A DNA stretch of 64,000 bases from Perkinsus chesapeaki ATCC PRA-425 (taxonomy: Eukaryota > Protista > Perkinsozoa), in NCBI GenBank assembly GCA_013115145.1, contig JAAPAO010000096.1, forward strand, positions 1-64,000, written 5' to 3'. Shown here piece by piece: positions 52,676 to 63,499 of the stretch (positions are counted from its first letter, which is position 1; every line of letters starts with the position of its first letter). A model generated the notes under the pieces. It was not told the origin of the DNA, ran no database searches, and saw nothing but the letters and a program-made list of their open reading frames with translations. Position numbers and translations under genes: made by a program.

Positions 52676-53794
52676 TCATGCCTTAACTGCCTGTGCTAAA
52701 GCATGGAAAATAGAGCGCTCATCCCACGGGTAGATATCTGTAGTCTCACTATATGTTGGGTCAATCATGATACCACCGAGTCTCATTCTCCTCACTAAGT
52801 TAACTTTATCCACAGCTCGTGGCTGAGAGAAAAAGTAATACCCGTCTCCACTTGGGAACATGATAGAGCCATTCCCCTTAGGATCACCATGCATATCAAA
52901 AATTGCACTTGAATATCCAGTATCAGAAGATTCATAGTCAGCCCGTGCAATAAGCGGGATCTGAGAAAGAGAGATTACAAGTGACAGGAAGCCCAAGCGA
53001 TTTGTCGGTCCAAGTACTCACTCTAAGAATTATGCTCCCAGCGTTTGCGCCAGCATTCATAGCTGTCCTTATTTTACGGATAGCAAACGTATTGGTGTTG
53101 AATACTTTTGTAACAGATTTGTCGAAGTAGGGGCTCAAGTAAACGAGTGTGTAATCTGGAAGTGCACCTAACCCGCTCTTCTTTACAGCTTGTTCGGCAT
53201 CTGGCCAATATCTGAAAATACAAGAGACATCTCAGAGTCGCTCTGTTCAGTCTAGTATAACCCCAGCAGAAATACTTACTGAAGAACAGCAGTCTTCCCA
53301 AGTGCCTTGACAGTGCTGAGGACCTTGTACGCATCCTTTGCCTTTTCCGGCCTATCCACGTCTAATACGAAACCATCTACAGAGTAGTTCTGCATAAACT
53401 GCTTCGCGCTCTGACGGAAAATTGCCTCATCAAACTTTTCTTTCCCATAGAAACTTCCAACCTCTAACCAGATACTTCCACCGGCACTTGATACTTTCTG
53501 ATTAAGGGTAGCAAAAACATTTCTGTCCCACTGTGGATAGAACGGGGGATCTTTTGTGACCTTGCTGTCAATGATGGAAAAGCCACCAAACAAAAAACGC
53601 TTGGCTCCGTCAGCCATAATGGTGTTGAAGAACCAATCCCAAGTATAGCTGACATGCTGTGGACATAGAGTCGAGTTGAAGCAGAATTGAGTTTCCTTAA
53701 TAACCCAGGGGTAACCAACACCTTTATAGAAGGGTATGTCAACAGAATATCCCAGATTAACGAGTATCAGGAGAATCTTCACGTCCAGGACCAT
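52676..53794 (-). CDS. GH18-like protein copy 2, an inverted paralogue of copy 1
   Basis: Aligns to copy 1 along its length (PFYKGVGYPW, FCFNSTLCPQ, NYSVDGFVLDVD, ARADYESSD, TTDIYPWD) with the same intron positions. Confidence 0.6.
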
Positions 53795-54049
53795 GAGTCT
53801 GAAATCGTTTACCGGCTGTATTCAGAAACTGTTGCAATCTCCAGCGGAGCCAGAAGCTTGTTCCTTGCCATCATTCCTCACTCAAGCGGAGCGGCTCTGT
53901 TGTGCGCCTATATCACGCGCAACTGTGTGTGCCCTGATGGACGCAGAATACAATTCCAGTTAGTCAGTTTGGCTCACTTGTTCTGCAATCCTTTCTTAGT
54001 GAGGATTAAACCTTTGATAAGCTCAATATTATTGAGTCAATAATGAAGG

Positions 54050-54871
54050 TCACTCCTTATACAGGAAGTTGCCGTATCGCCCGTTTCCCAGAGTTCTTGC
54101 GCTGTTGCGGCTCACAATTTGTGAGGACGAGAAGGGCGATAACAAGATACAGGGAGAACTTCTTGTGCTATCGCGAGGAGTGGAAGAGTTCAATATACGG
54201 ACAATTCTTGTGCTATCACGTCGCCTCACGAGCAACTGACTTTTTGTTGGTGCCTCTACCGTTTGTTGCTGGAGCCTTGAAGGTACTAAACTGTAGCCGT
54301 GTTGTATCGGAGGCGATCGTTTAACGACCGTCGTTACCATCTTTCTCTTACGATCTTCTGGTAGGTGGCAGCCTTCAGTGTCAGGGGGTTCAATCTTTGT
54401 GACAAGCTCTGCGGAGGCTGAACCACTTTGCCGCTGTTTTTTAAAAACGGCAAAGAAGTTTAGCTTCGCATTTGCGTTCAGAACATTACTCCCCAAGTAT
54501 TTACTGTATAAGTATTCGTAGGAGCTGTTCTTGTTTTGAAGATTGGTCTCGAATAATGAACCATGATTCGTATATCCCTCCCAATGGAAGACTTTCATTT
54601 CCTGATGAGTAACTAGTAGTTACTAACTACGATACTTCCGAGGTGTTCGAGTTGTCCTTGTAAAGGATTGGGTGGTTACTAACCATACTCTAATAGAGAA
54701 ACGAGATGCTACAGCAGCCCGCTTGACTGACGATACCAGGCAATGAGCTGCAAGTAAGAGCCGTCCAATCAAGTTGATTGAACCATCATTTGGGTGTGCT
54801 TTATTCGATGTCGCTTCGCCATATTCGATGACTACAGTTGCATTAGCTTTATACTTTCGTACACTGTCCAA
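54050..54871 (-). CDS. Hypothetical spliced gene, unknown product, 5' part unresolved
   Basis: Two open frames (54623-54871 and 54050-54598) joined by a plausible gtatgg...catcag intron. No recognisable domain. Confidence 0.35.
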
Positions 54872-55023
54872 AATAGGAGGTTGTTGAGGATTGAATAGGG
54901 TTCATATTCCCCCACAGTTTGGTATCCGTATCCTAATAGTGAATATTCTTAGTGTCTTTTCCAAGTAATGCTGACATATAAGTGAAAAGATAAACCTACT
55001 ACGTACAACCTCAAGGCACTCAG

Positions 55024-55097
55024 AACTAGCAGTTGGCTAACTGATACGGTGAATAATTCACCCTATGGATCAACTGCTAGTTGATCCAGTCTGGATC
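55024..55097. repeat. Nested and overlapping palindrome chain
   Basis: Outer 12-bp arms aactagcagttg/caactgctagtt enclose ggtgaat-a-attcacc, and overlap ggatcaact-gct-agttgatcc and gatccag-t-ctggatc. Confidence 0.85.
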
Positions 55098-56175
55098 GAC
55101 TTGCCACTGGACGTAGTTATACTGGGTCAAATGAGATACACCCAGCTCAGGGTTAAGGGTCAATTTGTTTCTTGGGTTTAGCAAGTGCGCCATAATCAGT
55201 CGACAAATCGGGACGATTATCGGACGCTTCCGTCGTACCTAGTATTGCACCGATTAAATCTCGGGAATTTACATGCAAGGAATTTCCTCGCTCGCTGAAC
55301 GCGTGCCGAATATCTAATCAAGACACCAAGCGAAAATGTCAGCTTTGCATTGTAAAGGGGTAACATCAGACCCGAGGCATTCACACTCACTCGATTGAGC
55401 TTATGGAAGGCCTCAAAAGATAGTACCGGAGCCAACACGGCCAGTGACTAGTACAGCTATTCGATGGCGGCGCGCTAAATTCTTGTCACGATATTTTTGC
55501 GCCGAGCGCACGGCCAAAGCGTTTCTCCAGTCTCACACCAGCTTCAAGGCTACTCCAATAATGGCTTGCAATTAATTATCCTCCTCATCCTTGTATCTTC
55601 CAGGTTATGTATACCCTTTGGAATTTCACAGTCTGCGTTGCGTCCAACTTCCCATCTCCTATAGCTAACGCCCGGATTCGGTCACAGATCATGCATTATG
55701 CTCTGTTCCGTACTAGTTAGGGCTCCGTAACGTTTTCTTATCCGCTGTGCTCCGAAAGTACCGGCCCCTCGTGTGGATTCTAGCTACGCAGAGGACAAGG
55801 GCTTCTCTGTAATTCGGGGGTGTTCTGCTTTGTGAGCATGGCGGGGTGATGCGTACGACGAGCTGCGGTCACGGGCCAATTTTTGATAAGAAAATTTGGG
55901 CACCGGGTTCCTGGCAGTCCTGTGCCAGGCTGGCACAGAACACACGATAAGCGGCTGTTTAGGAATGAACTTCCGGTTTTACAAGCGGTTGTGCGTAGTT
56001 CAGCGCGATATTGCCAGTCACCGAGGGCTTTGGTCAAAGGCGATTGGCTTTCTAAAGTGTTTTTGCGGACACCTCGTTTTAGCACAAGGACCCTTCGTGT
56101 CACTAAATTCATGAAATGAGTTCTTCGTTTCCGGTTCTATAACATTACTTTCCTCAGGGCCCACAACCTAATCAC

Positions 56176-57119
56176 ATGATAGCCCACATCATCACCGTTC
56201 TTAGTATCATTGGCCGTCTTATTGCAGGAGTTGACGTCGAGCTCTACTATGAAAGCCTGTGCCCATTTTGTCAAGACTTTATCACTGAGGACCTCTACTG
56301 TGTTATGAACCAGCCTGATTTGGAGAAGCACATCAATCTAACTTTTGTTCCCTATGGGAATGCGGAGTAAGCTGGTCCTCTCCACCTGATGTGAGCTCTA
56401 CCGTTTCTTAGTATCAATGAAACAACTAAGACCATCACTTGCCAACATGGAGAAGACGAATGTCATTTCAATTTTTATGAGGGTTGCATGATTGCCAAGG
56501 GAGGACAGGATCAGCTCCACACTTTTAGGGCTGTTTCTGCACTTGAGGGTAGTGAAAAACTAACAGACGATGCTGCTGAACACGGTAAGAGTGACGCTTG
56601 CCTGCCGCAGTCATCAGCATGGATTGATTTCAGCATGCAAGACGTTTGGTCTTAATTTTGATGCTATTACAGCTTGCAGGAACTCTGACCAAGCCTACGA
56701 ATTGCAGAAGAGATTCGCCGAGAGTAAGCCGGTTCCCACACTGCTCCCAATTGCTTCGTCCAAATCATTGGAGTTGTCTGACATGTGATTGTCTATCAGT
56801 GACCGAAGAAGCAAGACGAAACTTCACGGAGCAATATGTTCCATGGATCGTCATCAATGGAGAACACATCGATGGCGATGACTTCGCAAATATCCTATGC
56901 AAGGCTTTACGTGAGTAAGTTATGACAACTGTCGGCTCATAGCCTATGCTTATCCGAAATATCGTCTAAGACATTCAGTGTCATTACTTTGGTACCAATC
57001 ACGCCGATAGAGTCGCAAAGCACTTTAACTGATTCGTCTTCTTCAGACACCCTAGGAAGTGCGAATGTCCTGAAAGCGGTGGGTTCTTACATCCCAGACC
57101 AGGGTTATCGCTGGCCTAA
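56176..57119 (+). CDS. GILT: Gamma-interferon-inducible lysosomal thiol reductase (GILT) family, multi-exon
   Basis: Signal peptide, then VELYYESLCPFCQDFI (CxxC), LTFVPYGNA, ITCQHGEDECHFN, YVPWIVING and ILCK. Confidence 0.9.
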
Positions 57120-59217
57120 TACTCCATTATAGGGGCCATATCAGGCTAGCTTAGCTGGCCTAGCTTTACTGTTATTAATCTTGCCCTTGCATTAGGGCTT
57201 TCTACTAGTATACAGAGGAGCTCTGTGAAGTGATCGTTACTGTAACGATGATGTAACATCAGCTCACTACTATTAGTAGTATCGAATACCAACTATCTCA
57301 GTAGAACATCGTCAATACCTTTCTCTCTTTCTTGTTACGTCTTTTGTGTTACATTGAGTGAATCAGTACATCGTGGATATGATATCGAAGTGTACCAGGC
57401 TAAGGAACTGTAAGAGAAAATCTACTGTAGACTATCTAGTAGACGGCATCTACGCAACGGTTGACATCCCGTGAAGTAACTTCACTGAAGTTGATTTGTT
57501 TCGCAGCATTGCTTGGTCAGCAATAGCAGAAGGCAGACGAGGCTTCGAAGGTCAATGATTGAGTCAATCACGATCAGACCGTCAGTCGTTACCCAGCAAT
57601 CAGATCCTACTCTCTTTCAGCATCAAAAAGGAACCTTGATGAAGGGTTTTATTGGGAAAGCATGTGGTAGAAAAAAAGATAGTGTCGCGGTGTGCTACAT
57701 ATAAATCATACGAATGCAAAGAGATAATATTGTTAACAAATCAGTAGCATAGGTTGCTAGGTACTCTGATTTGGATTACCTATAGCAGATGATAGAGCAG
57801 ACAAGCAACATTTGGGCTACAGATTTGAAATACTAATCTCGGTGGCTGTCAGCCACTGGCCGAGACCTAGCTGCGGTATCAATTGGAAGGCCACCAGACT
57901 GGTGGCATCAGTCTGTACCTTCCAGGAATCCTTTTCACGCTTGAGGCCACCAATTTGGCGAGCAGGAAAGTCACTTTCGCGGATAGGGACATCAATTTAG
58001 CCATTTGCGGTGGGGGTCGGATAGGGAGATCAATTCCGCGAATGAGGAAAACAATCTCATGAAGACGGATCATGATTCCAGGGAAAAGGACATCAAGATC
58101 GGGTTGTTCTACAAATTACAACTCTCTTTTTCATCCTCAAATGTCGATTGCGTGACTGACCTGGAGGCCCCTGAAAGGTCGCAAAGTCGACCTGGTAGAG
58201 TTTATCGTTCACATAGACTACTGACTCAGTAGTATTGCATGGCGAGTGGCATTTAGCGCGGTTGACTGGAGAGGTTTATGCAGTTCCTACATTGCAGTAT
58301 ACCTGACTTTCTACGAACCTGAAATGTATCCTGGATGAACGATGAAATGGTCGCCATCTTCGGAACCGTGATGAGGTTCCTGACTGAGGGCATGCTAGGT
58401 ACTCAATGAGTACTACTCATTAAGCGTTTGAGGAATGATACGAACCTGAGTTGATCTCGATGCGCGGAATCAATTCGGGTTTATATTAGAGCTCGGACTA
58501 CGGAGCCACTCGTGCATATTCTCCATATTGAAGATTTATATGCACGGCGACTGATAGGAAGTAACTAATGATATGCTAGGGCATCGGTACAGATAACTGC
58601 TGAGCCCTAACTGTTACACCGTGCAATTTGTGTGTAGGGCAAAATACCTTGTTCACAATCTCGTGTCCGAGGGAGCGCGAATCACGCCCTGATTCAAATG
58701 TCAAGGAAGCCTCACTTCAACACCCATGTTCGATGTGGCATCACTTCTCGGATTCAATTCCGACATCAATACTGATCAATGACATGTAATCTCTAGATAC
58801 TAAATTATATCTTTGTGGATCTTCGGGAGCTGTACCTTATTTCCTTGGCATCCTCGGTAGGTGCTAGTGCCGCTCCTTTGGGGGCGATCTGTCGTGGGGA
58901 GACAGACCGCTTTTTGGTGCCTCAGTCTTTTCAGGAGCATTCTGGAACTGCTAACTCTCATTGAAAGGTTCAAATGGTGCTTCCGACTGGGTATGGCTCC
59001 TTCTTGAGTTCTCGAGCTCGCGGGAATCGAATTCAACTGCTATGATGCTCAGCATCGACGATACCCTCACTGAACCTTTTCAGATAGGCTCCTCAATGAA
59101 CCAACTCGTACTATCAAAGATAGGAAGGTTTTCCCTAATATGAGAGCATTCTTACAGCTTATTCTTCCTGTAGAATAGTGATATTATTGCTGGAGGCAGG
59201 AAGAGTTGCATCTGGTC

Positions 59218-59260
59218 CGCCTGGTGCGAATCGCACCAGGCGATATCGCACCAGGCGATA
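59218..59260. repeat. 12-bp-arm palindrome whose right arm is tandemly duplicated
   Basis: cgcctggtgcga-a-tcgcaccaggcg, with tcgcaccaggcgata occurring twice (59231-59245 and 59246-59260). Confidence 0.9.
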
Positions 59261-59725
59261 CAGCTTCTGCTCAGCATTGGTCCAGTGCACAACTCCCTGT
59301 CCTCCATTCTAGATGCACAAGTTCTTGGCAAAGCTCTGCTCGTGGTTCTCTACTCATATGCATAAGTCATGCTGGTATAGCGAATAATTATCCAGCCTCA
59401 AATTTCTTAAGACTAAAAAAAATCGGAAATAAACTAAACGGCCTTGGTATGCATGGCGCCTCGTACAGCCACCGGCCCCAAACCCATTCGGGAAGAGGCG
59501 TGGTAGAAGAGGTGGTTGCGGTGGCGCTCAAGCACGATTTATCCTCTCACTTCTAGGACGATTAGCAGCTCTGCCCTTTCCGTAAGAGCTCATCGACCCT
59601 CATCAAAATCGAGCTCTACTCAGGATCCATGGCTTTCAGAGAGCCGCTTTCCGTGGTACTAGGAAGGAACGCAGTCAGCGTCGGCTTCTCGGTACGGATT
59701 TGTTTCAAGTAGGTTTCAATATCTT

Positions 59726-59971
59726 ATGTTTATCCTCAACCTGCGCACCATTTTCCTCTTCATGTTCGGTAGCTTCGTGGTTCTGCTGTGCCCGGCTGAG
59801 CCCTCTGTGGAGACTGACCACGGTGTCCGTAGCTTGAACCGCAAATCCGACTGTGACTTTTGCCGCTTTTGCACTGGAGGAGGAATTCTGGTGTTTCCTG
59901 TCACAATCCCCTGTGCAACCTACAATGAAAAATGTAAGGGTGATGAAGAATGCAGCGAATGCTGCGATTAA
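59726..59971 (+). CDS. Small secreted cysteine-rich peptide precursor (81 aa, 8 Cys in the putative mature part)
   Basis: True ATG, hydrophobic signal MFILNLRTIFLFMFGSFVVLLCPA, short pro-region ending RSLNRK, then CDFCRFC...C...C...CSECCD*. Confidence 0.6.
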   Translation: MFILNLRTIFLFMFGSFVVLLCPAEPSVETDHGVRSLNRKSDCDFCRFCTGGGILVFPVTIPCATYNEKCKGDEECSECCD

Positions 59972-60299
59972 CATTGTCTTCCAGCTCTCGGAATGAAAAT
60001 CTTAGTCCGCGTCACTATGCCCTCGAAGTCATGTCATGCTATTCTTTATGTTGTTAAGTTAAACATCTCTAATCAACCCGCTGGCTTCCTCTACACTGTA
60101 TTGACCTCGTCTTGGTCTCTTAAGCTATCGGAGGCCAGAGTGGCCTAACTGAGGCCGCTTAAGGGTCTGAATGGAGACGTCGATAAGAGCTATGTTTCAT
60201 AACATCGCACCATCAATGTCGACTCTACTGCTGAGCTGTGTTAAGTCTGTCCATCATCAATACTACGTACGTCATATATTGTCGTGTGTTTATGTCCAT

Positions 60300-60600
60300 T
60301 GCTGTAGAGCGCGCCACCATCTGGGCGACTACGGACTGGCAGTTGTGCTTCTCCCGTGGAGCCTCCGGCGCTCGAGGCCCACCCCCACACCAGAATGAGA
60401 GCCTTTTGTTGACCATCATGCCTCCTGCGGGTCGCATTACTAGAAACTTTGCTGATACCCTATCTGCTCAAGGATCTGGTGAACACAGCAGTCGTCACTG
60501 GGGGCGACTTTGATGCTCAATTCTGGTGATGCTATTGTACGCAAAAGTCGGCCGATTGACCTATTTCTTGTCAATGAATGCTCTTCTTGTGTTCCCTTCA
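60300..60600 (+). pseudogene. Possible frameshifted relic of an EEP/APE-type endonuclease (LINE-like)
   Basis: Motif-like fragments in different frames but the expected order: GDYGLAVVLL, LLTIMPP, VVTGGDFDAQ, KSRPIDLFLVN. Spacing is too short and stops are present. Confidence 0.3.
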
Positions 60601-61599
60601 GTGTTAATGTATTGAATTGAGCAAAAGAATAAACAGCCAAACATCAGATGTATACGGAATTATTCATTTTTCTTGCTTTTCGAAACCCTCAGTCGCTGCG
60701 CCTCAGTCATCAGCGATCTTCGATTAGTTCGTGGCGAATATGCGAGAAGTGAGTTTTGGAGAACATGGTTTTATAAGCATCGATTAATGAACCACATGAC
60801 AGACATCAGCGATAATCGATAATCCAAGAAAGATACGCACTGTGGCGACACTGTCACAGTTACAGCGAACCCCACGACCTTCGGCAAAGCAGGGGCCTTA
60901 CAGGAGGTTAAACTAACAAACGTCAAACAATTCAACTAGTTTGTAATCAGTATACACGAAGTGAGTCATGACGAGACTCTACTGGCCACAACTGGCAGGC
61001 AGTGCGGAAATGAGCAAAATGTAGCACAGAGTCTACTTGTAGATGGAATGGTTGATACTTTGTTACCTATGAACACTGAAGGTCAGTAAATTTGAAGCAA
61101 ACGTGGAGTGAATGTTGTGAGTCGCTACGAGCGAGTTCTGGCTTCTCCTCGGTAGCAGTGTATATGATTATGGTTGAAACTAAACACATCACCCTCAGAA
61201 AAGTCGATTAATGCAGCTAACAGCAGACATTAGGAATACTCGATGACATAGTCGGATGTTTCAAACAACCATTTATGATTAGTTCCTCTGTGGAACGGTT
61301 CCAGTGGAATCCCCAGAGCGCTTAAAATAGTGGGAACATAATCCCTAAGGGGCGGACAGTAAGTCAGTTAGTTCTTGCACGGCGACATCATCACCACTTA
61401 CATATTATCTACCCATCTCTCCATGTGACCCGGATTCTTAATGAGCTTTGCGGTGCTGCAGAAGATCGCCGGAGTATCAGTATTAGCAGTATCCCAAGCA
61501 CCATGGTTATTCCGATACCTAATGCATGTCAAGCTCAATATCGTGTACACACTCAGGCAGTCTAATTATGAATAACAACAAACACACTTGTTACTGTCC

Positions 61600-61692
61600 C
61601 TTCTCAAGACAACAGTGTTGTCTTAAGAAGTTGTCTTAATAACAGTTAGGGACAATTGTGTTGTCACAACACAATAGTCCCTAACTGTTATT
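61600..61692. repeat. Twin near-perfect palindromes with 1-nt centres
   Basis: 61600-61630 has 15-bp arms with 1 mismatch. 61638-61692 has 27-bp arms with 1 mismatch (aataacagttagggacaattgtgttgt-c-acaacacaatagtccctaactgttatt). Confidence 0.9.
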
Positions 61693-61999
61693 CTAGCTTA
61701 TTATGAAGACTTAGCAGCCGCACACTTACATAAGTACGTGACTAGAGTGAATTTAACTACTATTGTTGTTCATTCAAGGTTTGATTCCCATTCGTACAAC
61801 AACTCCTGCGTAATGTCTGGTGACTCATAATTCAGCGATACCGTTTCGAAGGTGGGGTCGAGTCGGCTGATTCTGGTACACACTGGATTCCGAGTCAAGA
61901 CCCCTTCACATCAATTCTACAACTAAAAGTAAGTTCCGTGAAATATTTGGCATCCAAAGCTACCAGGTTTGATGGTCTACTGATGAGCTATGTACAGTA

Positions 62000-63405
62000 G
62001 CAGTCATCTAGACTCTAGAGAGGGGGAATAGATGAGCAGCCATAACTTCTCCAAAAATGGGGCGTTCCAGTTAATTTTCCCTTCTATACAGTACTGGCAT
62101 AAACCCACAGTTTTGGAATATATGTATGTGGCTTAAAGTTTACTGCCAAGATTTACTGATGGACTTGTATTGTGAAGCATCCCCGAGGAATACCCGCCAT
62201 GGTCAGCAGTTATCAAGATGAGCGTTTCATCCTCAATGCGACCCTGACCAAGAGCCTCCAGCATCTTGAAAACGTAGCCATCGGCGTTTTTCAAAGCGGC
62301 GTAATACCTGCAGCAAAATGAGCCAATCAGATGCAGGAAACTGACTGTGGAGAGCCCCAGTAGGATTCATGACCAGCGCTGTCGACCTGAGGCATGAGGC
62401 GGCCGGAAGACAGCAAGGAGTGGTTACGGACCTCTTCAATGTGGAGAAATGTAACATGAGGTGCATCATCGGCTATCATCAGATCGAAAAGGAACTTCAC
62501 CGGACCATCATCATGCATCTTTCCTAAACCGACCATCCTCATCTTGACCTATTTGCCGAGCCTTACCGTCAAACTCGTGGTCCACATCGTTGCCAGATAG
62601 GGTTTCTGAAACATGCTCGATGATCGAGACAGATAACGAGACATAACGTACGCAACCAGGACCAGCCATATGCAGAGGCCGTTGAAATGAGCTTTGAGAA
62701 GGTCTTCGCCGAATGGAAAATTGTTGGCGGTAATTTTCCTGAGGATCAACTCCCGCCTCATTCGACGCGGAATCTTACCTGCCCCAGTTACTGGGGCGAC
62801 GCGCCCATCCACCAAACTGCTCGGGCTTGAGTCGTTCAAAGACCATCCATTGCTGAGTATTCCGGTACCGGCTGGAGGGATGCCTAAGAGCATCGTTTGT
62901 TATGACCAACACTAGTAGTGATGATATCTACCTGTCAGTATCGTCGACCAATTTGGTGCGCTGATAGTGGGATTCTTATTTCGTGCTGAGAACGTATAAG
63001 CGCATTCATCAGAATCAATCAAGGACCTGAAGGCGGACCAAGGATGACTTCAACATCATAAATACTGAAGAAAGGTTCACATTCCACCGTTTGCTCTTGT
63101 GCAACAAATCAATCGTTCTACCACGACTACAATCCAAAAGGGATACAACACTACTGGTAACCAATGACGGCCTTAGGAGACACCAGATATGCAAAAATGA
63201 GAAGTTCTAGCGGACACGATTACGCTTACTTCAGAGTTGGTGCGTGATCTTTCGTAATGTTCCTCAAATAAACCCCGCCGAGCCCATCAATGCCGATTAT
63301 CAAAGCCCGCTTGAACATACCGTGTGGCCACGCACTCGTATCCGCTCCTGCTTCAATAGCGAGGAGGAGGAGGAGGAGGAGCAATGACAATATTGCGAGA
63401 CGCAT
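62000..63405 (-). CDS. Secreted alkaline-phosphatase-superfamily enzyme (type I phosphodiesterase/NPP-like), multi-exon
   Basis: Signal MRLAILSLLLLLLLLAIEA, then RALIIGIDGL, NPTISAPNWSTILTG, FLHIEEVDSAGHESYWGS and LILITADHGG. The 3' end is uncertain. Confidence 0.8.
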
Positions 63406-63499
63406 GCCAGGTAATCGGAAACTGGATCGATCGAGATTGCCATCTGCCTTTTGGAACGAACGCATATCGCTCCGCTAAACCTGACAATATACCGTGTCA

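Noticed and set aside
55217-55438. Third diverged GH18-like copy (FHKLNRVSVNASG versus FATLNQKVSSAGG)
   Set aside because: The similarity runs through a probable splice donor (gtgagt) and the other family motifs are missing.
57500-59200. Protein-coding gene in the 57.5-59.2 kb region
   Set aside because: Only short open frames on both strands, and no consistent exon chain could be built.
59705-59974. Antisense 89-aa ORF with a hydrophobic start overlapping the Cys-rich peptide
   Set aside because: It has no motif beyond the hydrophobic start and is most simply a shadow frame. The plus-strand ORF has the more ordered layout. Stranded RNA-seq would decide.
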